From NCBI GenBank assembly GCA_038999215.1, contig JAWABM010000011.1, forward strand, positions 2,333-22,802: DNA of 20,470 nucleotides, read 5' to 3'. A model generated the notes under the pieces. It had not been told where the DNA came from. It did no database searches and saw only the letters and a list, made by a program, of their open reading frames with translations. The translations under genes and the position numbers were made by a program. Origin of the DNA: Candidatus Aenigmatarchaeota archaeon (GTDB taxonomy: Archaea > Aenigmatarchaeota > Aenigmatarchaeia > Aenigmatarchaeales > JACQIB01). Shown in pieces: positions 1 to 7,073 of this stretch (positions are counted from its first letter, which is position 1; each line of letters opens with the position of its first letter).

Positions 1-9
1 CGAGTGAAG

Positions 10-17
10 TTTAAATA
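10..17 (+). promoter_or_regulatory. Probable archaeal TATA box of the TudS-like gene
   Basis: TTTAAATA preceded by purine-rich GAAG; would place the transcription start near 40-42. Confidence 0.55.
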
Positions 18-39
18 CTATTCGGTACTATAATTATTA

Positions 40-90
40 TAGGGTGAGAGGTGGGTTTTCTAACCTTGCGGGCGGAGACCCACCTACCTA
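40..90 (+). promoter_or_regulatory. Stem-loop in the putative 5' UTR
   Basis: AGGTGGGTTTTC (49-60) pairs with GGAGACCCACCT (74-85): 12 bp with 2 G-U pairs. Outer TAGG (40-43) pairs with CCTA (87-90). Confidence 0.55.
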
Positions 91-99
91 GTGATAGCC

Positions 100-606
100 A
101 TGAGGAGCAAGAAGGTGGTGTTCGTGTCGCATTGCATTCTCAACCAGAATGCCAGAGCTATGGGGCTCGAGAAGGCCGCAGGCGCTGTCCGCGAGCTGGT
201 CGAGCTTCTCTCCGAGGCGGGCGTCGGCATAGTCCAGATACCGTGCCCCCAGATGGAGTTCGGCAACGGCGCTCTTGGCAGGAAGGCGTCTGACAAGGAC
301 GGCCTTGACACCAAGAAATACAGGGATTCCTGCAGGAAAATAGCTGTAATGACGCTTAAGCAGATAGAGACCTACCTTGCCAAGAATTATTCTGTCGTTG
401 GCGTTCTTGGCGTCGAGTTCTCCCCTTCCTGCGGCGTCCATCAGATTTCCAACGGCTCCCGCAACGTGCCTGGCAAGGGCATTTTCTTCGAGGAGTTCGA
501 GTCCGAGATGAGAAAGAAGAGGTTCCAAGTGCCCGTGATAGGCGTCAATCTCAACAACATGTTCTCAACGGTCGAGAAGCTGCAGTCGCTTCTCGAATGC
601 ACATGA
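100..606 (+). CDS. DUF523/TudS-related (thiouracil desulfidase-like) Fe-S protein
   Basis: Family motifs SHCILNQN, QIPCPQ and SPSCG. ATG at 100 preferred; GTG at 91 is the alternative. Confidence 0.8.
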   Translation: MRSKKVVFVSHCILNQNARAMGLEKAAGAVRELVELLSEAGVGIVQIPCPQMEFGNGALGRKASDKDGLDTKKYRDSCRKIAVMTLKQIETYLAKNYSVVGVLGVEFSPSCGVHQISNGSRNVPGKGIFFEEFESEMRKKRFQVPVIGVNLNNMFSTVEKLQSLLECT

Positions 607-851
607 GTGGTCTTATGGAAACCGCGGAATGCAAGGAAAACTTGATAGGGTATTTGAAGGGGCTTGGCAGGCCGGTCGAGAAGGGCACGAATGAATACGA
701 GCTCCTGCGCAGGGAGCTGAGCAAGATAGGCAAGAACATAGAGGAGTACGGCTGCCTGGCCAGCGAACAGGCCTATCTGGAGCTCATAGAGCTGCTCCCG
801 GAGGAGGAGCGCGAGCGCCAGAGGAAGGTCCTCGAGGACCTCAAGAACTGA
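603..851 (+). CDS. Hypothetical helical protein (about 82 aa)
   Basis: ATGA overlap with the upstream stop; host-like codons (GAG/AAG/AGG). ATG at 615 is an alternative start. Confidence 0.7.
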   Translation: MSGLMETAECKENLIGYLKGLGRPVEKGTNEYELLRRELSKIGKNIEEYGCLASEQAYLELIELLPEEERERQRKVLEDLKN

Positions 852-852
852 C

Positions 853-2466
853 TCACATCTTCTCGGGCGCTTCTATTCCCAGCAGCCCAAGCCCGCTCTT
901 CAGGACGGTCTTTGCCGCCCTTGCCAGCGCCAGCCTGGCTGCCCTTTCCTTCGGTCCGGCTTTCAGCACAGGCACGTTCTGATAGAACTCGTTGAACAGG
1001 TCGGCCAGCTCGTGCAGGTACACGGCGATGATGTGCGGCTTCAGTTCAGCTGCGGCCTTTTCTACCGTAGCCGGGAAGCGGCCGAGTTTCCTCAGGACCG
1101 CGAGCTCCCTCGCGTCCGCGAGGGCCTTGGCATCGAACTTCCCGGGCTTCCCCGCCTTCCCGAGTATCGAGCAGGCGCGCGCGTATGTGTACTGCACGTA
1201 CGGCCCCGTGTCGCCTTCGAACCTCATCGCCTCGTCCATGTTGAACACCACGTTCTTGTCAGGGCCGACCTTGACTATGCTGTATCTGACCGCGGCGACC
1301 GCTATCGCTTTCGCCCTCTTATCTGCCTCCTTCTCGTCGAGGTCAGGGTATCTGCTCCTGACCTCGCTTCTGGCCTTCTCGAAAGCTTCATGCATAAAAT
1401 CATCAAGCAGCACTACCTCGCCTTTCCTCGTGCTCATCTTGCCGGACGGAAGCAAAACGAAAGAGTAGTGCACGACCTTGGGCGGCTCATGCCCGAGCAG
1501 TCTCAGCGCATGGCTAAGCTGCTCGAAATAGAGCTTCTGGTCCTCCCCAAGGACCAGTATGTTGAGGTCCTTGCCCCTTTCTGCCTTCTCAAGCGTATAG
1601 GCTATGTCCCTCAGTCCGTATAGGCTCGTTCCGTCGCCCCTGGCGAGCACGAAGAAAGTGTCCTTGTACGGAAGCACCTTCCTGCCCTGCTCGTCCGTTA
1701 TCAGCTTTCCTGTCTTATCCAGCTTTTTGAGTATGTCCGCTGTCTTGCCCAGCAGCCTGCTCTCGTAATCGAACGAATCGTAATGCACGTTCAGCTCCTT
1801 CAGTATCTCCTTCTGGCCGTTTATGCAGGTGTCGACGACTTCCTTGAACATCTTCCTGACATTCTTGTCGCCGGCCTCAAATTTGGCCAGCAGCTCCAAG
1901 ACCTCCTTCTCAACGGCAGGGTCCTTTTCCATCTTCTCGTTCGCTGCGATATAGATGTCGAGCAGCTTCGAAAAGTCGAACTCCTGCCCTTGGCAGCCCC
2001 AGACCAGCAGGGCTATCTGCTTGCCCATGTCGTTGACGAAATAGTGGGTCTCGACGTCGTACCCTAGGAAGCGCAGCATCCTGACTATGGAATCGCCTAT
2101 TATCGCGTTGCGCGCGCGCCCCATGTGCGGGCTCGCGTTAGGGTTTATGCTCGTGTGCTCCACGAGCGCTTTGCCCTTCTTCTTTCCGCGGCCGTAGTCC
2201 TCATCGATTTCCTTGAGGAGCTTCTGCCCCGCTGCAGCCCAGTCGATGTAAAAATTGAGGAACGGACCGAGCGCCTTCACGCTGACGCCTGCGACATTTA
2301 TCTTACTCGCCAGCGATTCCGCGATCTCCTTCGGGTTCTTCTTCTCGCGCTTTGCGAGCTCGAAGCACGGGTAAGCGAAGTCGCCGTACCCCTCGCGCTC
2401 CGGCTCTTCTATCTCCGTCGCAGGAACGCCGAGCGCCCCGGCTATGCTTTCCTTCAGTTTCTGCAT
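853..2466 (-). CDS. argS: Arginine--tRNA ligase
   Basis: Class I motifs EHTSINPN..HMGR and KMSTRKG; DALR domain motif FEGDTGPYVQYTYAR; C-terminal GIEAPEKM. Confidence 0.97.
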   Translation of the reverse strand: MQKLKESIAGALGVPATEIEEPEREGYGDFAYPCFELAKREKKNPKEIAESLASKINVAGVSVKALGPFLNFYIDWAAAGQKLLKEIDEDYGRGKKKGKALVEHTSINPNASPHMGRARNAIIGDSIVRMLRFLGYDVETHYFVNDMGKQIALLVWGCQGQEFDFSKLLDIYIAANEKMEKDPAVEKEVLELLAKFEAGDKNVRKMFKEVVDTCINGQKEILKELNVHYDSFDYESRLLGKTADILKKLDKTGKLITDEQGRKVLPYKDTFFVLARGDGTSLYGLRDIAYTLEKAERGKDLNILVLGEDQKLYFEQLSHALRLLGHEPPKVVHYSFVLLPSGKMSTRKGEVVLLDDFMHEAFEKARSEVRSRYPDLDEKEADKRAKAIAVAAVRYSIVKVGPDKNVVFNMDEAMRFEGDTGPYVQYTYARACSILGKAGKPGKFDAKALADARELAVLRKLGRFPATVEKAAAELKPHIIAVYLHELADLFNEFYQNVPVLKAGPKERAARLALARAAKTVLKSGLGLLGIEAPEKM

Positions 2467-2543
2467 ATAAGGAATATGCAGTTCCGGCTTAAAAATCGCA
2501 TCTATAAATATTTTCGGCTCCTATGTACTTTTCGGCTTTAAGT

Positions 2544-3659
2544 ATGAAGATGAAAATCCCGTATTTTCCCGAGCCGGTCGACCTTGACGAGCGCGCCGAA
2601 TATATTGCGAAGCTCCATTTCAGCAAGAAATGTGGCGCGCCCTACTGGATAAAATATCAGGAAAAAAACAAGGTCAATCTTTCCGGTATAGATAGCTGGG
2701 AAAAGCTTATGGATATCCCTCCGCAGCCCGAGGCTGTTCTGCAGCCAGTTTGGAACGGCGGAAAAAAAGAGTACGATTACAACCCGCCCGCCGACCTTCT
2801 TCTTCCGAAGGCCATGCGCAAGGAAGTCCTATATCAGTCCCAATCCTCAGGATCGACGCAGAAGCCTAAGAAGTGCATCTGGTCTCGGAGCAGCCTGGGC
2901 GAATCGATAGCAAGTTCAAATTATTATTTGGAAAGGATGGGCGTTCCGCGCAATGTTGACTGGATGATAGTGGGCCCGGCGACGCTCTATCAGGAGTACA
3001 TGCTGCAGCTCGCGCGCAGCCGTGGCTCTAACCCGCCGTACTTCGTTTCTGTCCCGACCGAAGGGATAAAGCCCCTCTTTGCCAAGCCGATTGACGGGCT
3101 GGACGAAGGCCCGAAATATTATCGCAGGCGCATAATCGAAGATTCCGTGAGCGGTGTCAAGGCGTACCTTGAGGGCGGGAGCAACATCAAGGTCATGATA
3201 GCGCTGCCGTTCAACATAGACGATTTTGTAGATATCCCTGAAATGCGAAACCTCGACACCATACTTTTCGTCGGCTTCGGGATGAACGGCGGCAAGATTC
3301 GTGAGTGGAAGGAAGCCTTCCCTAAGCAGAAGATTCTCGGCTTCTACACGCATTTCATGAACGCCACAGCGCCGTACGTGCCGCGCAAGGGGCATCTTGA
3401 TTATTATGCGGCCGAGCCGCTGGTGCATTTCGATGTGGCTGAATATGACGAAAGAAGGCCGGGCGAAGTCAGCATCGTCAGGTATGGCGAGCGCGGCAGG
3501 ATATGCTTCACGCGCGCAGGCAACGACATTTTCTGGCGCCAGTGGGAGGATGCAGCTACCCGTATAAGGCCCTGTGAACTTTTCCCCTGGGACGGAGTGC
3601 GCGATGTGGACCGCTTTGTGCCCATGAAGCACGCATCCACGCTGGAATGCCTTTCCTGA
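2544..3659 (+). CDS. Adenylate-forming enzyme, EhpF/PaaK/LuxE-like
   Basis: P-loop-like SSGSTQKPK; N-terminal LHFS..CGAPYW and C-terminal YGERGR..F and PWDGVRDV resemble the EhpF-type (phenazine-modifying) family. Start is 2523, 2544 or 2550. Confidence 0.7.
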   Translation: MKMKIPYFPEPVDLDERAEYIAKLHFSKKCGAPYWIKYQEKNKVNLSGIDSWEKLMDIPPQPEAVLQPVWNGGKKEYDYNPPADLLLPKAMRKEVLYQSQSSGSTQKPKKCIWSRSSLGESIASSNYYLERMGVPRNVDWMIVGPATLYQEYMLQLARSRGSNPPYFVSVPTEGIKPLFAKPIDGLDEGPKYYRRRIIEDSVSGVKAYLEGGSNIKVMIALPFNIDDFVDIPEMRNLDTILFVGFGMNGGKIREWKEAFPKQKILGFYTHFMNATAPYVPRKGHLDYYAAEPLVHFDVAEYDERRPGEVSIVRYGERGRICFTRAGNDIFWRQWEDAATRIRPCELFPWDGVRDVDRFVPMKHASTLECLS

Positions 3660-4235
3660 TTATTTCTTCGACAGCAGTTCCTTGTACTTGAGAGCTATCG
3701 GGTTGGTCTTCAGCGCCTCGTTTATGCCGTCAGGGAACATCGGAGCAGGCAGCGCAGGCACGTATGTTGGTTCGCCTTTGAGGCTCTTCCATATGGGCTT
3801 GCCCCATTGGCAGGCCTCTATGATGTTTTTGGTGTTTTTGCCGTACGAGGGGTCCGCCAGCACCCATTTTCCGCCCACAAACACCTCGGCAGCCACGTGC
3901 GGTATCTCTACGTCCAGGTCCTTGCGTTTGACCTTGAGTTTTCCTGTTATGAGCACGTATCTGGCAGGTATCCCTGCGGCTCTTGCTAGTGCAACGAGCA
4001 CGTTGTTCTTGTCAGCGCATTCCGCTCGCATCGGCTTCCTTGCCAGTACGTTCTTCGCGCCTACGACAGGCACTATCTGCCACTCTATCTCATCGCGAAC
4101 CCAGCTGAAAAGTGCCTTTGCGGCAGCCTCCCCGCTCTTTTTGCCCACTATTTTCTTTGCAAGTGCCTTTATGGCCTCGTCGTCGCTCTCGGCGAGCGGC
4201 GCAGGCTTCAAGTATACAGCGTCTGGAGTCTCCAT
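3660..4235 (-). CDS. Transglutaminase-like Cys-His-Asp protein (191 aa)
   Basis: FSWVRDEI, ECADKNNVLVALARAAGIPARYV, HVAAEVF and WVLADPS give an intact triad. Start trimmed to ATG 4235. Confidence 0.9.
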   Translation of the reverse strand: METPDAVYLKPAPLAESDDEAIKALAKKIVGKKSGEAAAKALFSWVRDEIEWQIVPVVGAKNVLARKPMRAECADKNNVLVALARAAGIPARYVLITGKLKVKRKDLDVEIPHVAAEVFVGGKWVLADPSYGKNTKNIIEACQWGKPIWKSLKGEPTYVPALPAPMFPDGINEALKTNPIALKYKELLSKK

Positions 4236-4269
4236 AAGCTTATATTGTATATTTATCCTTATAAAACCT
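4236..4269. promoter_or_regulatory. 34-bp bidirectional promoter for leaderless genes
   Basis: TTATATTG (+, from 4240) and TTTTATAA (-, 4266-4259), each about 23-30 nt upstream of the ATG it would serve. Confidence 0.6.
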
Positions 4270-4950
4270 ATGAAGAAATCAGTGGCTGTGAATACCGATA
4301 CGGTCCTGTCAAACCTGAACAAGGTGAGGAAAGACTGCCTGAGAAGTTCTGAGAACATAAAGTATGTAGTGCGCACCGCCAGGAAGGCCGATTCCGATGC
4401 CTTGGCTGGCATGTACAAGACATCCTTTCCCGAATACCCTTATAAGCAGCTGCACGACCCTGCTTACCATGCCAATCCTCCGGACCATGTGCTGCGCATC
4501 GTTGCTGAGATGAACATGGGGATAGTTGGCGCCGCAGCGTTGGAGGTCGACCCGCCCTGCCTGCTCGGCGAGGTCAAGCAAGTGGTTACGAGGCCGGATT
4601 GGCGTTCCAAGGGCATAGCCAGCGAGTTGGTGGGCGAATGCGTGGAAATCGCGGAGGAGGTAGGGCTCGAGAAGCTCTATGCGCACGTGCGCACGCGCGA
4701 GCCTTCGGCCCAGGCGCTGTTCATAAAGCACAAGTTCAAGCCGGTATGCATAATGAAGGGGCACTTCATAGTCTACCATGAAAAGCCTGTCCGCGAGAAC
4801 ATGATATACATGGAGAGGTTCATCAACGGGAGCGAGAAGCTCATGGACAAGGTCAACCTCGTCGACCCGGAGATAACCAAGAGCATATTCAAGGAGGCCT
4901 TGTACACGCACTATCTCTTGAGGATGCAGGACTCCGAAAAGCTTTTGTAG
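4270..4950 (+). CDS. GNAT family N-acetyltransferase (226 aa), AblB-like N-terminal motif
   Basis: Acetyl-CoA motif VVTRPDWRSKGIA; YKTSFPEYPY..LHDPAY recalls beta-lysine acetyltransferase AblB. Start trimmed to ATG 4270. Confidence 0.85.
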   Translation: MKKSVAVNTDTVLSNLNKVRKDCLRSSENIKYVVRTARKADSDALAGMYKTSFPEYPYKQLHDPAYHANPPDHVLRIVAEMNMGIVGAAALEVDPPCLLGEVKQVVTRPDWRSKGIASELVGECVEIAEEVGLEKLYAHVRTREPSAQALFIKHKFKPVCIMKGHFIVYHEKPVRENMIYMERFINGSEKLMDKVNLVDPEITKSIFKEALYTHYLLRMQDSEKLL

Positions 4951-4971
4951 TGACTCGCACAATTTCTCCTA

Positions 4972-5541
4972 ATGGGCTCAAAGGACTTTTTTGCCAGGAT
5001 GATAGCGAACGGGCAGTTTGTCATAAACGACAGCGGCCACGCCATACTTTTCGGAGAGTTCGTCGTCCTGACGCCGGGCGGGGTTTTTCTCGAGCTGTTC
5101 GAAATACTCAGAAAAAGACTCGGGGAAAAGGGCGCATGGAAGGTCATCCAGGAGATAGGCGAATACCAGATGAAGGCCGCCCTGTCGCGATACAAGGGGC
5201 GGTTCAACATACAGAACGCCCAGAGCTCGAAGATACTCGATTTTCTGATGGAAATATTGAACATACTGGGCTGGGGCTTGGGCACGCTCTCGGTTGACAG
5301 CAAGCTTGGCGTAGCCAAAATAGTTATGAGGAACAGCATGCTGCCGCAAAAATACCTCATTCGCTACGGCAAGCGCAGCAGGGGTCCGATAGATTATTTC
5401 GTGCTCGGGTGGATGAAAGCCATGTTCGAGGCATATTTCGGTTCGCCTGTCGAGGCTGCCGAGGTGCTGTGCGCGGCGAAGGGCGATCCCTATTGCGAAT
5501 TCGTCGTTAAGGCCAAAGGCCAGAGAAAAAGGAAGAACTGA
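4972..5541 (+). CDS. Stand-alone V4R-domain protein
   Basis: LGWG, then PIDYFVLG and EVLCAAKGDPYCEFVV, the V4R signature. Confidence 0.88.
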   Translation: MGSKDFFARMIANGQFVINDSGHAILFGEFVVLTPGGVFLELFEILRKRLGEKGAWKVIQEIGEYQMKAALSRYKGRFNIQNAQSSKILDFLMEILNILGWGLGTLSVDSKLGVAKIVMRNSMLPQKYLIRYGKRSRGPIDYFVLGWMKAMFEAYFGSPVEAAEVLCAAKGDPYCEFVVKAKGQRKRKN

Positions 5542-5542
5542 A

Positions 5543-6286
5543 TCAGATGCTCAAGCCTTTCTCTGCCGGCATAACTTCTATCCCCTGGCCGGTTATCTTG
5601 AAAGGATGCACGTCGGTCGAATGGTTTGTCCGCCTCATCTTCCTCACTAGCATGCTCTTGTCGTATTGAGAGCCGGAAATTCCAAGCGCCCGCAGGACTA
5701 TGACGCCGTCTGTCACGAACTCTTCGACCCCGAAGCGCGAAAGCGTGCCGTCTCCCTCGGCCATCTCGGATGTAAGAATTGTTGTCGCTCCGGTCGATTT
5801 GAGTTTGGTGAGCAGGTTGAACAGGTTCTTCCTGACCTCGAACGGGTCCTTGTAGTACAGCCCGAACAGCGAGGTCGAGTCTATGGCTACGCGCTCTATT
5901 TTCTCCCTTCTTATCTTTTCCGCCAGCTTGTCCATGAGTTCGGAAAGCTGGAACGGGTCCCTGTACCCTATTATGAGCTTTCCGGAATCCGCGTATTTTT
6001 TCAGGTCCCAGCCGAATCGGTTGACGTCGTTGAATATGTCATTGACCGTTTCTTCCATCGTAAGGAAAATGCACTTCTCGCCCCTCCTGAGGCCTTCCAT
6101 AATGAACTGCGCGCAGAAGATGGTCTTTCCAGTTCCAGTCGCCCCAGTGAGCAGCGTGGTCGAGCCCTTTATCAGGCCGCCCTCTATGTACCTGTCCAGG
6201 CCCTTGATGCCTGTCGGTATCCTTTCTAACCCCCCTTTTTTTGCGGATACCGCCTTCTTGGTCGCTGCTCTTTTCTTCATACTCAT
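5543..6286 (-). CDS. KaiC/RAD55-like single-domain ATPase
   Basis: RIPTGIKGLD, Walker A GATGTGKT, TMEE, Walker B VAIDS, GVEEFVTDG, VRKMR. Start is 6286 or 6280. Confidence 0.92.
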   Translation of the reverse strand: MSMKKRAATKKAVSAKKGGLERIPTGIKGLDRYIEGGLIKGSTTLLTGATGTGKTIFCAQFIMEGLRRGEKCIFLTMEETVNDIFNDVNRFGWDLKKYADSGKLIIGYRDPFQLSELMDKLAEKIRREKIERVAIDSTSLFGLYYKDPFEVRKNLFNLLTKLKSTGATTILTSEMAEGDGTLSRFGVEEFVTDGVIVLRALGISGSQYDKSMLVRKMRRTNHSTDVHPFKITGQGIEVMPAEKGLSI

Positions 6287-6331
6287 AAGTTCGGTTCCAA
6301 CATTTAAAAGTTTATGCGTAGAAATCATTTC

Positions 6332-6724
6332 ATGTCGATGCAGTTCGTCAAGAACATCGATGAGAAGCCGCCCGAGAGGAGCAGTGCTCAATCGGCCGAG
6401 GCCGAGATTGAGAGGATCAAATCCGAGTTCCTCTCGCTCCACAAGGAGGTCTTCTATACTGCGGACATGCTGATGGAGCTCGCCGAGGTCCCTCCTGGCA
6501 TGAGGAGCGCTGTGCGCAACAAGCTCCAGACCGCTTCGTTAAAGTATGGCATAAAGAAAATATCCTCTTCAGGCAAGCCGGTTTACGGCATTTCTGACCT
6601 TTGCCCCATCGATTACGCATGCTACAGGGGCTGGTGCTCGGGCAGGGTGCTTAAATACGGTTCGTGCGTCCCGGCTTGCCCGAGAAGGGACAAGAAAAAC
6701 CGCCCGGAATTCGTCGAGAAATAG
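6332..6724 (+). CDS. Hypothetical protein with Cys-rich C-terminus
   Basis: Fills the gap between the ATPase and rpl35Ae; contains CPIDYAC..WC..SCVPACP. Start is 6314, 6332 or 6338. Confidence 0.7.
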   Translation: MSMQFVKNIDEKPPERSSAQSAEAEIERIKSEFLSLHKEVFYTADMLMELAEVPPGMRSAVRNKLQTASLKYGIKKISSSGKPVYGISDLCPIDYACYRGWCSGRVLKYGSCVPACPRRDKKNRPEFVEK

Positions 6725-6725
6725 G

Positions 6726-6980
6726 TCATTCCGCTATGTTTATCGGCTTTGCCAGCGCCTTTGGCGGCAGCGGGTTCTTGAACCTGACCTTGACGGTGCC
6801 TGTGTTGCCGTGTATGCCCGAAACAAGGCCTATGTACTTCTCGCCTTTTTCATCCGTCCACACCGCCTTCCTGCCTATGAGTTTGCCCGCCTCCCTTTTG
6901 GAATTTATCCCGGGCACCTTGACAAGGACTTCCTTTGTGTAGGCTATGTGGTACGTCACTATCACGCCCTTGGGGTCCAT
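6726..6980 (-). CDS. rpl35ae: 50S ribosomal protein L35Ae (eL33)
   Basis: KGVIVTY, NSKREAGKLIGRKAVW and HGNTGTVKVRFKNPLP; GGTG RBS upstream of ATG 6980. Confidence 0.9.
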   Translation of the reverse strand: MDPKGVIVTYHIAYTKEVLVKVPGINSKREAGKLIGRKAVWTDEKGEKYIGLVSGIHGNTGTVKVRFKNPLPPKALAKPINIAE

Positions 6981-7073
6981 TTCAAACACCTATATTATAT
7001 GATGCAGTCCGCCCCATATTAAAAGCGCCTGCTCAGAATAGAATAATGCCAAGGCGAGATTTATTGTTAACTG

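Noticed and set aside
992..2541. Long plus-strand ORFs opposite argS (similar ones lie opposite other genes)
   Set aside because: Antisense shadows caused by codon bias; no motifs.
3682..4269. N-terminal extension making the GNAT ORF 422 aa
   Set aside because: It is the antisense shadow of the transglutaminase gene; the real start follows the AT-rich promoter at 4270.
6230..6242. C6-T7 homopolymer run as a possible slippage site
   Set aside because: It encodes in-frame Lys-Lys-Gly-Gly, and the ORF is intact.
6287..6442. N-terminal extension of the KaiC-like ORF (299 aa)
   Set aside because: It crosses the AT-rich promoter and the opposite-strand gene; homology begins after about 6286.
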